Shown: piece after piece, positions 1-9,178 of the stretch
Numbering within the stretch: position 1 is the first letter of the stretch
Layout: each line of letters begins with the position of its first letter
IMG/VR virus record: IMGVR_UViG_3300017912_001072
Span: 1-29,483 of that record
Origin: a virus
Taxonomy: Duplodnaviria > Caudoviricetes
DNA length: 29,483 nt
Strand: one strand, 5' to 3'
Translations under genes and position numbers: made by a program
The notes under the pieces: model-generated
What the model was told of the DNA's origin: nothing
Databases searched by the model: none
Seen by the model: only the letters and a program-made list of their open reading frames with translations

Positions 1-52
1 ATGAATTTTAAAAGAAAATATAAAAATACTGTATTTGTAAATAATTTAAAAT

Positions 53-427
53 ATGAGTTCAAACCCTTACGAAAAATATCTCAGCAAGGAGGACAAGATG
101 CAGAGGTCAGTAATGAAATATATCAATATAAAGTATTCTGGGAGTTTTGTAGCTCACATTCCTAATGAGGGTAAGAGAACAAAATTTGAACAATATAAAT
201 TAAAAGCTCTTGGAGTAATGGCTGGAATGCCAGATGTAATGATTTTTGATCCAAAAGGCAATTACAGCGGTTTAGCAATCGAATTAAAAGCTGGGTATAA
301 TAAACCTACAGAGAATCAAAAAAAGTGCCTTAGAGAGCTTGAGAATCGAAAATGGAAGGTTTTTTGGTCAAATAACATAGATGATATCTTTGAAACAATA
401 GATATTTATTTTGAATTAGGTGAATAG
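53..427 (+). CDS. VRR-NUC domain nuclease
   Basis: HIPNEGKR..GVMAGMPDV..IELKAGYNKPTENQK matches the phage VRR-NUC PD-(D/E)xK pattern. Confidence 0.85.
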   Translation: MSSNPYEKYLSKEDKMQRSVMKYINIKYSGSFVAHIPNEGKRTKFEQYKLKALGVMAGMPDVMIFDPKGNYSGLAIELKAGYNKPTENQKKCLRELENRKWKVFWSNNIDDIFETIDIYFELGE

Positions 428-668
428 GAGAATGATATTTTGGGATCAAGATAGGCAGAGAATTAGATTCTCAGCAACTCACGACTTTCCTAATATGTCA
501 AACTATTCTTTTGTAGGTTATGCTAATGAATCTGAATTTGAAATTATCTTAGAAGTTTTATTTGTTAGGTTTGGAGATGATCACATAACCACTAATGATG
601 TAATAGATATTCATCAAAGTTTTAGAAGGTTTTTAGACAGTCTAAAAAACATTACTTCCAGTATATAG
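420..668 (+). CDS. hypothetical protein (GTG start)
   Basis: 82-aa ORF overlapping the upstream stop by 8 nt; no motif recognised. Confidence 0.6.
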   Translation: MNRRMIFWDQDRQRIRFSATHDFPNMSNYSFVGYANESEFEIILEVLFVRFGDDHITTNDVIDIHQSFRRFLDSLKNITSSI

Positions 669-763
669 TTATATATAATATAAATATTTATAATTATAAA
701 ATAGCTATATAAATATAAATTACTATAAAAACTAATAAAAAAATATATATATAACTATATACA
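669..763. other. extremely AT-rich intergenic tract, candidate origin or unwinding element
   Basis: ~95 nt with only a handful of G/C and TATA/ATAT runs, upstream of the nuclease and primase-helicase genes. Confidence 0.35.
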
Positions 764-1246
764 GTGGATTGGTACGATAGAAAAACTGATAATATCCAAA
801 GAATGAAGTCTCAAGGTAAAGAGGCTGAGGATCTGTTTTTTGAAATTATGACAATACTAAAAAAGCCAGTCAGAAAATCTGATCTACAAAATGATAAATA
901 CAGACATATTGATTTTTTTATCGGTGACAAGACTTACGATGTCAAACATAGACAAGATGTAAACTATGTCTGGCTAGAATATAGAAACAACCATGGAGGC
1001 AAAGGATGGCTCAGAGGAGATGCTACATGGATAGTGATGTACTATGAGCAGTTAAATAGCTTTAGTTTTTACAAGCGTGAACATTTACTAGAATATTCTA
1101 AGAGATATAAAAAAACTACAAATGAAAAAAAGCATTATCACTGGCGAACTAGAACTCAGTTTGGGAGAAATGATTTAGTTTTACTGGTGAGAAAAAAAGA
1201 TATAGACCATTTAGAATCCGACCAAATTATAATTAACTATGTATGA
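764..1246 (+). CDS. putative PD-(D/E)xK-fold nuclease
   Basis: GKEAE...HIDFF...YDVK catalytic-like spacing followed by WLEYRN..GGKGWLRGDA. Confidence 0.6.
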   Translation: MDWYDRKTDNIQRMKSQGKEAEDLFFEIMTILKKPVRKSDLQNDKYRHIDFFIGDKTYDVKHRQDVNYVWLEYRNNHGGKGWLRGDATWIVMYYEQLNSFSFYKREHLLEYSKRYKKTTNEKKHYHWRTRTQFGRNDLVLLVRKKDIDHLESDQIIINYV

Positions 1247-2891
1247 TGATTTTATAAACCTTGGGATTTATCCTAAAGGAAACGCTGTAAAGCAAAAACT
1301 TAAATGTCCAAAATGTAGTCCAACTAGAAAAAATAAATCTGATAAATCTTTATCAGTGGACTTGCTAAGAGGATTATACAACTGCCATAACTGTGGCTGG
1401 AAGGGCAATGTTAAAATAAAACCGAAAAAGGAATATATTAAGCCAGTAAAAAATGATTCTGGTTTATCGGAAAATGTTTTAAAATATTTTGAAACTAGGG
1501 GAATATCTGAGCCAACTTTAGTAAATTGGAAAATTACTGAATCAAATGAATACTTTGGCGCCACTAAAAAAGTAGCTATAAATTTTAACTATTATAGAGA
1601 AGGTGATCTGGTTAATGTAAAATATAGAAGCAGCGGAAAAGATTTTAAATTAGTCTCTGGTGCTGAATTGATATTTTATGGATTAGATAATATCAAAAAC
1701 TCTACTACTATTTACATAACAGAGGGCGAAATAGATGCCTTGAGTCTTAATGAATGTGGTATCTATTCAGTTTGTTCGGTGCCTAATGGCGCATCAAAAG
1801 GATCCCAAAGGCTAGAATATTTAGACAACTGCTGGGAGTATTTTAAAGATAAAGAGCAGATCATTCTTTGTACTGATAATGATACTGCTGGTCTTAATTT
1901 AAGACATGAATTAGCTAGAAGGTTTGGACAATACAGATGCAAATATTTAGATTTTAAGGACTACAAAGATGCTAATGAGGTATTAGTAAAAAGCGGATCA
2001 AAAGAGCTAAGAGAGATAGTGGAAAATGCTTTAGACTTCCCTTTGGAGGGTGTTTTGAATATTGACACTATATGGCAGTCCGTTTTAAATTGGGACACTA
2101 ATGGAATAAAGAATTATTCTGTAGGTCTGGGAGCTGATAAATATTACAAGGTAATGATGGGAGAGTGGACTACAATCACTGGGATCCCAAACTCTGGAAA
2201 GTCAGATGTACTGGATCAAATGATAGTAAATCTGGCGCTAATGCATGATCACAAAATAGCTATGTTTAGTCCAGAGTCTTTTCCTTATGAGGGACATATT
2301 AGGCGCCTAGCTAATAAGATTAACTCTACTAACTGTGATAGAGATCTACTAGAACAAACTAAAACATTTATAGAGGATCACTTCTTTTTTATTAAAATAG
2401 ATATAGAAAATATTAGTTTAAAAAACATACTTGATAGATTTAGAGAGCTGGTATTTCAAAAAGGAATTAATATTTGTGTGATAGATCCTTGGAATATGCT
2501 ACAGCATGATCAGCAGTATGATCTAAGCTACATATCTAAAATGCTAGGACAGATAACTCAATTCTGTCAGAAAACAAATACTCATCTTTTTCTGGTGGCG
2601 CATCCTAGAAAAATGGAGTTTTTTAATGGGACTTATAAAGTACCTACTCCTTACGATATTTCTGGATCATCAGACTTTTTTAATAAGTCATTTTCAAATA
2701 TTACTGTATTTAGGAAGTTAAATAGTCGTACAAAATACGGATCAGATCTAGTGCAAGTATTTGTCCAGAAGGTAAAAAGAAGAGAGAATGGGACTCAAGG
2801 AGTTTTTGAGATAGCTCCAGACTTTCGTAATGGCGGATTCTATAGAGTTTTGGGAGATGACACTAAAGTAATTGTAACTGAAAAGGATTAA
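1239..2891 (+). CDS. DNA primase-helicase (Zn finger + TOPRIM + SF4 helicase, Twinkle/T7 gp4-like)
   Basis: CPKC..CHNC zinc finger; ITEGEIDALS and TDNDTAG TOPRIM motifs; KDANE; Walker A GIPNSGKS; VIDPWN; LVAHPRK; YDISGSSDF. Confidence 0.92.
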   Translation: MYDDFINLGIYPKGNAVKQKLKCPKCSPTRKNKSDKSLSVDLLRGLYNCHNCGWKGNVKIKPKKEYIKPVKNDSGLSENVLKYFETRGISEPTLVNWKITESNEYFGATKKVAINFNYYREGDLVNVKYRSSGKDFKLVSGAELIFYGLDNIKNSTTIYITEGEIDALSLNECGIYSVCSVPNGASKGSQRLEYLDNCWEYFKDKEQIILCTDNDTAGLNLRHELARRFGQYRCKYLDFKDYKDANEVLVKSGSKELREIVENALDFPLEGVLNIDTIWQSVLNWDTNGIKNYSVGLGADKYYKVMMGEWTTITGIPNSGKSDVLDQMIVNLALMHDHKIAMFSPESFPYEGHIRRLANKINSTNCDRDLLEQTKTFIEDHFFFIKIDIENISLKNILDRFRELVFQKGINICVIDPWNMLQHDQQYDLSYISKMLGQITQFCQKTNTHLFLVAHPRKMEFFNGTYKVPTPYDISGSSDFFNKSFSNITVFRKLNSRTKYGSDLVQVFVQKVKRRENGTQGVFEIAPDFRNGGFYRVLGDDTKVIVTEKD

Positions 2892-2956
2892 TACGAATTT
2901 AATGTTCGCATAATAATAATATGTTTGTTTCAGCAATTTTGCTACATAATTAAAAC

Positions 2957-3259
2957 TTAGAAACTTTCGAAACAATTGAAAAAATTAATTCCAAAAAAGA
3001 ACTTGATTTATTAAATCAAAAACTAGAACTTTTAAAATTTGTTACTCAACTTTATTTAGAGGCTAAAGAGAATGATTTTTTAGAGAGATGTGATGAGCTT
3101 ATGCATTTTCAAGATGAGCTAAGAGATGTCTTTAAAATACCAGAATTTAATTCTACTAAAGAGGAAAATTATTTTAATAGATGTTTGATTAAAAAAAAAT
3201 ATCAAATAATTAGAAGAGATAAAACTGATGAGTTTATAAAAAAACTACAAACTTTCTAA
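2957..3259 (+). CDS. probable ~100-aa protein absent from the ORF track (no canonical start at the 5' end of the frame)
   Basis: Open frame TTA GAA ACT TTC...ACT TTC TAA (LETFETIEKINSKKELDLLNQKLELLKF...IKKLQTF) fills the gap between the helicase and a terminator. Confidence 0.5.
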   Translation, partial: LETFETIEKINSKKELDLLNQKLELLKFVTQLYLEAKENDFLERCDELMHFQDELRDVFKIPEFNSTKEENYFNRCLIKKKYQIIRRDKTDEFIKKLQTF

Positions 3260-3278
3260 TTAAACTTATATGTTTTTT

Positions 3279-3316
3279 AAAGGGCTGATGGGTTTTATCC
3301 TTGAAGCCCTTTTTTT
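3279..3316 (+). terminator. intrinsic terminator
   Basis: AAGGGCT...AGCCCTT stem followed by a T-run. Confidence 0.65.
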
Positions 3317-3319
3317 ATT

Positions 3320-3327
3320 TAACTTTG
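3320..3327 (+). promoter_or_regulatory. Bacteroidota-type -7 promoter box (TAACTTTG)
   Basis: Matches TAnnTTTG, just after a terminator and 15 nt before ATG 3343. Confidence 0.6.
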
Positions 3328-3342
3328 TATAAAATAATAATT

Positions 3343-3504
3343 ATGAATGAGATTACATTCTATCCTTTGTATGGTTTAGTTTTTGGAGTTAATTATTATA
3401 ACTCTGAGATGGATGACATAGATGAGGGCGCATTTAAAAAACATACTATAGAGGTTTTTTTATTTTTATTTGGTATGAATTTTAACTGGTACACTGAATT
3501 ATAA
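3343..3504 (+). CDS. small hypothetical protein (MNEITFYPLYG...)
   Basis: ATG 3343 follows the promoter and an A-rich leader; the track's TTG start at 3301 lies inside the terminator; TAATG overlap with the next gene. Confidence 0.6.
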   Translation: MNEITFYPLYGLVFGVNYYNSEMDDIDEGAFKKHTIEVFLFLFGMNFNWYTEL

Positions 3505-3866
3505 TGGCATACGATCCAAAAGAACTAGAAAAGAAAGCTCTGGCTGCTATCAAAAAGAATAAACTAATGTTTATTGATCATATAGTGGCTTTTTTACCTT
3601 GTTCTAGAGCTACTTTTTTTAATCTTAAATTAGATAAATTAGACAGTATAAAAAAGGCTGTAGAGGAGATGAGAATCAGTAAAAAAACTAAGATGTTATC
3701 TAATTGGATAGACTCTGAGTCTAATGCTCTACAGATAGCGGCTATGAAAATGATAGCTACTGAGGAGGAGGCTCATAGACTGTCTGGGACTAGAACAGAA
3801 ATAAAGCACAAAGGTGCAATAGAATCTACACTTATTGAATGGAAACCAGCGGAGTCCAAAAAGTAG
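3504..3866 (+). CDS. terS: putative terminase small subunit
   Basis: Directly upstream of and overlapping terL; HTH-like N-terminus (LPCSRATFFN); suitable size. Confidence 0.65.
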   Translation: MAYDPKELEKKALAAIKKNKLMFIDHIVAFLPCSRATFFNLKLDKLDSIKKAVEEMRISKKTKMLSNWIDSESNALQIAAMKMIATEEEAHRLSGTRTEIKHKGAIESTLIEWKPAESKK

Positions 3867-5023
3867 AGCAGTTTTTAAATAGGCAATTTTATGATTTACT
3901 ATACTCTGATAAAAGGTATCGTGTACATTGTGGTGGATCCAGAAGTGGCAAATCATGGGCTTGTTGTCAATTTATTGCCTATTTACTACAAACTACCGAT
4001 AGCCCATTGCTGATTGACATAGTAAGAAAAACTCTACCTAGTCTTAGAGGATCTATCATGAGGGATATGATCCAGATACTACAAGAGACCAATATCTACT
4101 GGGAGGGTGATCATAATAAAGCTGAGAATACATTTACCTATAAAGGATCAGTGCTGTCTTTTATATCATTAGATATGGCGCAAAAGATCAGAGGTAGAAA
4201 GAGAGATATAGCTTTACTAGAGGAGGCTAATGAGCTGAGTCTGGAGGACTTTAGACAGATAGATCTAAGAACTGAGGAGTTTATTATATTTACTTATAAT
4301 CCTAGTGATGTAACATCTTGGCTCTATGATCTACCAGAGGATAAAACCGATGAGTGGATAACAACCTACAGAGATAATAAGTTTCTATCTAGTAACATTA
4401 TCCAAAGCATAGAAGCTCTTAAGGATAAAGCTCCAGATTTCTATAGAGTATTTGGAGAAGGCCAGAGAGCTGTATTTAGTCAGCGCCAGATCTTTAGCAA
4501 CTGGGATATGATAGATTATAAAGATTTCCCAGAGTCTGATGATATTTATCTAGGATTAGATTTTGGATATAGTAACGACCAGTGTGCTATTTGTGAAGTT
4601 AGAAAAGTAGGTGGTAATTTATATGTCCATGAGGTGTGCTACAGACTAGGTATGACTAACAATGACATAAGTAACTATATTTATGAGAAGGGCTACAGAG
4701 ATGTTTTATGCATTTATGACTCAGCAGAGCCTAAGAGTGGAGAGGAGTTAAGGCAGTTAGATAGGGGAGGTAATATGTTTAAGGCTAGTAAGAAAGGTCA
4801 AGGATCAATAAATGCTGGTATTAGTTTCTTAAAGGAGTTTAATATCTACTTATCTAATGAGTCAAAGAATTTTAAAAAAGAATATGAGAACTATCTCTGG
4901 GATGTTTTAAAAGATGGTACTATCATAAACAAGCCAGTAGATAGGTGGAATCACTTGCATGATAGCCTTAGATATTGCGCATATACAGTCTGGGGAAATA
5001 GGAGTACATTCTTTGTAATTTAA
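3839..5023 (+). CDS. terL: terminase large subunit (PBSX family)
   Basis: Walker A GGSRSGKS, Walker B LLEEANE, TYNP, nuclease motifs GLDFGY, DSAEPK, NHLHDSLRY. Confidence 0.95.
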   Translation: METSGVQKVEQFLNRQFYDLLYSDKRYRVHCGGSRSGKSWACCQFIAYLLQTTDSPLLIDIVRKTLPSLRGSIMRDMIQILQETNIYWEGDHNKAENTFTYKGSVLSFISLDMAQKIRGRKRDIALLEEANELSLEDFRQIDLRTEEFIIFTYNPSDVTSWLYDLPEDKTDEWITTYRDNKFLSSNIIQSIEALKDKAPDFYRVFGEGQRAVFSQRQIFSNWDMIDYKDFPESDDIYLGLDFGYSNDQCAICEVRKVGGNLYVHEVCYRLGMTNNDISNYIYEKGYRDVLCIYDSAEPKSGEELRQLDRGGNMFKASKKGQGSINAGISFLKEFNIYLSNESKNFKKEYENYLWDVLKDGTIINKPVDRWNHLHDSLRYCAYTVWGNRSTFFVI

Positions 5024-5027
5024 TTTA

Positions 5028-5035
5028 TATTTTTG
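5028..5035 (+). promoter_or_regulatory. -7 promoter box (TATTTTTG)
   Basis: TAnnTTTG 14 nt upstream of the portal ATG. Confidence 0.55.
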
Positions 5036-5049
5036 TAAAAAATAATTTA

Positions 5050-7323
5050 ATGGGAATTTTAGACAGATTCAGAGGCGCTATTCGTAAATCTAGCCAGAAT
5101 ACGAATGAGGCATTTAATAAGTTAGTATATAGATATATCGGTAATAATTTAATAAGCTCTACAGAGAATGATGATACTTACATCAATAAAGGCTACAGAT
5201 TTAATTCTACAGTTTACTCAATAGTAAACTTAATAAGTAAGACAGCTGGAAATATTCCTTTTCAGATCTATGAGGTAAAGAATGAGAATGAGCTTAAAAG
5301 ATACAAATCCATAACATCTGGGACTATCACTACCACTGGATTAGTAAACTCAAATATAATCCAGAAAAAAGCTTTGGTAAATGTAGAGGATACTGAATTA
5401 CATGAGCTGCTAAATAGACCAAACCCAGCTCAATCTTTTAATAGCTGGATCCAAGAGATCATAGCTTTTGGCGCCTTAACTGGAAATAGATACATCTATG
5501 GGATAGCTCCAGATACTGGACAGAATAGTGGCAAGTATAAAGAGCTGTATGTTCTACCTAGTCAAGTGGTGGAGATTCACAGCGGTGGACTAATGAAGCC
5601 AATCAAAGAATATACTCTAGAATATAATGGGACTTATAGAATACCAGCTGAATTTATATGTCATATAAAAAACTTTAATCCCTACTATGATGGATCTGGA
5701 TCTCATCTGTATGGGATGAGTCCATTAAAGGCTGGACTTAGATCTATGGATGCAAACAATGAGGCATTAACTACTGGAGTTAAGTATCTACAGAATCAAA
5801 CAGCTAGAGGGATGCTGATCTCTGATGAGGGTGATATTACCGAGAGCCAAGCTAGACAACTAAAAGATAAATTTAGAAATACCTATCAAGGGTCTAACAA
5901 TGCTGGAGACTTAATAATAACTCCCAAGAAACTATCATGGGTAAACTTTGGACTTAATGCATCAGATCTATCTCTTATAGAGCAATACAATGCTAGTATA
6001 AAAGATCTTTGTAATGTTTATAATGTGCCAGTACAACTTCTTAATAATACAGACAGCACCACATACAACAATATGAAAGAGGCTAAAAAAGCCTTATATC
6101 AAAATGCTATCATTCCAGAGCTTATAAGAATTAGAGAAGAACTTAATAGATGGCTTACTCCACAGTATGGAGAAAAATTATATATAGATTTTGACTTTCA
6201 AAGTATTCCAGAACTACAAGAGGAGACTGAGAAGGTAGTGGATCAGATGGCAAAGAGCTGGTGGCTTACTCCTAATGAGAAGAGGATTGCAATGAATTAT
6301 GGGGTAGATGATGGTAATGTGAGAATGAATGAGTATTATGTCCCAGCTAATCTGATCCCAATGGAGCCAAGCTCTGGACTTGATGACATTGCTGATGTAT
6401 TAGATGAGCAGAAAATGCTTAAGACAGAAGTAAGGGGAATGAATGATGTATTCACTACAATAGCAGAAGCTAGAGCTAGAGCTGAGCAAATGGGCGGCTC
6501 TGGATATCATGAGCATATCTTTGATGGATATACTGTCTATATGCCTTTTGAAAGTCATGAAGAGTATGAGGCTGCTAAGGATGGAAAGTTAGCTGAATAT
6601 TATGCTGACAGAGATGAGTACAATGAAGAGGACATGGATCTGGATGGTGAGATCTATGAGATGTATGATATGGAATATAAAGCGCCTCAGATAAGTGCTG
6701 CAATGGAGACAGCTTTAAGAAACAAAGTCAAGGATCATAATGAGAAGTATGGAGATAATCCAGCTAAAAGAGCTACATTCTCTATGTTAGCTAGATCCTT
6801 TGTTAGAGGAGTAGGTGCCTATAGAACTAACCCAAGCTCAGTAAGACCAAACGTAAACAATGAGCAGCAGTGGGCTTTAGGAAGAGTTAATGGTTTACTC
6901 TATGCTCTAAGGACTGGAAGGTTTAGGAGAACAGCTTATGATACTGATTTACTCCCAGAGGATCATCCACTATCATCTAAAAAGACTGTAGAAAATAAAA
7001 AATATGACAACTATCCTCAAGGCGCTACTAACAATGCTCAAAGGGTTTTAGACTGGGATAAAGAGTATGATCTAAGATCTAAGATGGGAACAGATACTGG
7101 ATGGGCTAGAGCTAGACAATTAGCAGCAAGGCGCCCACTAAGCCAGTCAGATGTTAATCAAATCTATAGCTTTTTAAAAAGGCATGAGCAAAATGCAGAG
7201 ATAGCAGAAGAGTTTAGAGGAACACCTTGGAAGGACAAAGGTTATGTAATGTACAACGCATGGGGTGGTAGAGCTATGCTATCCTTTGCAGATAGAAATA
7301 GATCAGCTAATATAGATGACTAG
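5050..7323 (+). CDS. HK97-family portal protein with a long multi-domain C-terminal extension
   Basis: LLNRPNP, YGMSPL, YNVPVQLL, TYNNMKEA, WLTPNEKR portal motifs within the first ~437 aa, then ~320 extra aa. Confidence 0.92.
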   Translation: MGILDRFRGAIRKSSQNTNEAFNKLVYRYIGNNLISSTENDDTYINKGYRFNSTVYSIVNLISKTAGNIPFQIYEVKNENELKRYKSITSGTITTTGLVNSNIIQKKALVNVEDTELHELLNRPNPAQSFNSWIQEIIAFGALTGNRYIYGIAPDTGQNSGKYKELYVLPSQVVEIHSGGLMKPIKEYTLEYNGTYRIPAEFICHIKNFNPYYDGSGSHLYGMSPLKAGLRSMDANNEALTTGVKYLQNQTARGMLISDEGDITESQARQLKDKFRNTYQGSNNAGDLIITPKKLSWVNFGLNASDLSLIEQYNASIKDLCNVYNVPVQLLNNTDSTTYNNMKEAKKALYQNAIIPELIRIREELNRWLTPQYGEKLYIDFDFQSIPELQEETEKVVDQMAKSWWLTPNEKRIAMNYGVDDGNVRMNEYYVPANLIPMEPSSGLDDIADVLDEQKMLKTEVRGMNDVFTTIAEARARAEQMGGSGYHEHIFDGYTVYMPFESHEEYEAAKDGKLAEYYADRDEYNEEDMDLDGEIYEMYDMEYKAPQISAAMETALRNKVKDHNEKYGDNPAKRATFSMLARSFVRGVGAYRTNPSSVRPNVNNEQQWALGRVNGLLYALRTGRFRRTAYDTDLLPEDHPLSSKKTVENKKYDNYPQGATNNAQRVLDWDKEYDLRSKMGTDTGWARARQLAARRPLSQSDVNQIYSFLKRHEQNAEIAEEFRGTPWKDKGYVMYNAWGGRAMLSFADRNRSANIDD

Positions 7324-8976
7324 GTGGATATTAAAAAATTCAAAGAGAGCTGGAGAGGAGCATTTTCTGATAGACTCAAAAAGAATGAAAAGAGTCAAGT
7401 CGCTAAATTTGCTAGATACTTCAAAAAGGAATACTACAAAGGGATAGATTCTTATTTATCCACAAACTCAGAGAGAGAATTTTCTAACTTATTTAAGATA
7501 CGAGATATAGAAGCTCTTTATATGGATCTCTATGAAGAGGTGGGAGTGGACTTTGCTAAGTGGTATGCTAGGAGTTTCGAGAAGTTTATACAAAAGCAGA
7601 CTGGTAATAAATCAACTTGGCGCACAACATTCTCAAGGATAGGGCAGACAGAGGCTGGAGATAAAGTAACATTAGTCCAAGGGACAGCTCTAAAAGAACT
7701 AAAAAGAAACATAGGAAATCTTTTCAAGGATCCAGACTTTCAGACATTAGGGCGCAAACAACAAGGGAGGATCTTACAAAATAGATTCAGAGGTATTACA
7801 GAATATCAATCCCAAAGGATAGTTAGAACTGAGGCAACCTCAGCAGCTAATGAGGGGATCATGCAATCAGCTCAAGATATATTCCCAAAGTCTGGTCTAG
7901 TAAAAGAATGGATCAGCTCACTAGATGGAAGGACTAGATCTATCTCTAGAGGTGATAAATCAGATCACTTAGAAATGAATGGAAAGGTAGTAGGCTTTGA
8001 TGAGACTTTTGCAGTACCAGAGGCTTTTAGGGTAGTGCAGATGAGAAAACCAGCTGACTTTAGATCTGGAGCCTCAGCTCATAATATTGTGAACTGTAGA
8101 TGTTCCATGGCTGTCTATCCTAAAGAGGGAACAGAAGTCAGAGAAGGAGTTTCTCTATCTGGTATAGGTGGAGGAGTTAGCGCCAGAACTAGCCAACTCA
8201 TAGGAGATGAGATAGTAACATCTAGGAAGCCAGTAGATGATATAACCAGCAGAGAGAGGGCGCAAGTATTTACTTCTAAACCAAATCAAGCTAAGGATAT
8301 TAAAGAAGCAAAAGAGATATTTACAAATAAATTAAAAGATGTAAATATTAATACTAATAAGATATCTGTAGGAAGGGGAATATCTATAGATAATATGAAT
8401 AGATTTATAGATCAATTTACTAAACTATCATCCAAGTATAAAATATCTGATTTAAGATCTGGATCTACAGTTAATTTAAGATTTACTGGTGGCTCTGGGT
8501 ATGGAGGTAGAATAAGATATTTTGATAGTGGTAGATTATCAGAAATAGATTTAGGAAAAGGTTTTGATGCTAGATCAGATTTTCATAAGAAATATATTAA
8601 AGATAGCAGAAGCCCAGATAAAAAAAATACCTTTTTTTCTGATAGAGGTAAAAGTATAGTCGATGAGGAAAATTTAGAGATAGCTACATTAACTCATGAA
8701 TTTGCTCACTACATAGATAATGTAGATACCTCTACATTAACTAAAACATTTTGGAAAGAATTAGATAAAATAAGAGATGAATACAGAGCAGAACGCTTAA
8801 AATTAGTTAAGGAGAGAAACATTAAAAAATATAATGAAATTTATTTAGGAGATTATGCTGGGACATCTAGGGATGAATTTTTTGCAGAAGGTTTTGCAGA
8901 ATATGAGCTAAGGTCAAACCCATCTAAATACGCTTTAAAAATAGGAGAATTAACAAAAAAATATTTCGGAAAATGA
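7324..8976 (+). CDS. MuF/SPP1-gp7-like head morphogenesis protein with C-terminal zinc metallopeptidase (polymorphic toxin architecture)
   Basis: RIVRTEA, KEWISSLDGRTR..H, NIVNCRC MuF motifs; C-terminal THEFAHYID and YAGTSRDEFFAEGF zincin motifs. Confidence 0.85.
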   Translation: MDIKKFKESWRGAFSDRLKKNEKSQVAKFARYFKKEYYKGIDSYLSTNSEREFSNLFKIRDIEALYMDLYEEVGVDFAKWYARSFEKFIQKQTGNKSTWRTTFSRIGQTEAGDKVTLVQGTALKELKRNIGNLFKDPDFQTLGRKQQGRILQNRFRGITEYQSQRIVRTEATSAANEGIMQSAQDIFPKSGLVKEWISSLDGRTRSISRGDKSDHLEMNGKVVGFDETFAVPEAFRVVQMRKPADFRSGASAHNIVNCRCSMAVYPKEGTEVREGVSLSGIGGGVSARTSQLIGDEIVTSRKPVDDITSRERAQVFTSKPNQAKDIKEAKEIFTNKLKDVNINTNKISVGRGISIDNMNRFIDQFTKLSSKYKISDLRSGSTVNLRFTGGSGYGGRIRYFDSGRLSEIDLGKGFDARSDFHKKYIKDSRSPDKKNTFFSDRGKSIVDEENLEIATLTHEFAHYIDNVDTSTLTKTFWKELDKIRDEYRAERLKLVKERNIKKYNEIYLGDYAGTSRDEFFAEGFAEYELRSNPSKYALKIGELTKKYFGK

Positions 8977-9161
8977 CACCTAATCAAGATTTAATATGTT
9001 ATAAATGTAAAAACTGGAATCATTTTGATCTAGGCTGTAAAGCATTTACTGACATTCCTCAAGAGATAATAATGACAAACAAACATGATAAACCTTTAAA
9101 AAGTCAAGATAATAATATTGTATTTGAGAAGGGAACTCCTCATGATTTAGAAAATATTTAA
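8973..9161 (+). CDS. small Cys/His-rich protein coupled to the MuF toxin (candidate immunity or partner)
   Basis: CYKC..CKAF.DIP.EI....H..P pattern; ATGA overlap with the MuF stop. Confidence 0.65.
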   Translation: MTPNQDLICYKCKNWNHFDLGCKAFTDIPQEIIMTNKHDKPLKSQDNNIVFEKGTPHDLENI

Positions 9162-9166
9162 TTTAA

Positions 9167-9174
9167 TATCTTTG
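9167..9174 (+). promoter_or_regulatory. -7 promoter box (TATCTTTG), probably giving a leaderless mRNA
   Basis: TAnnTTTG with only 4 nt before ATG 9179. Confidence 0.55.
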
Positions 9175-9178
9175 TAAT

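Noticed and set aside
3301-3342. TTG-start N-terminal extension of the ORF before terS
   Set aside because: It overlaps the terminator and promoter box; ATG 3343 fits better.
7321-7323. Genome-wide TAG recoding
   Set aside because: Genes are full length under the standard code and TAG ends other genes normally (668, 3866, 12410).
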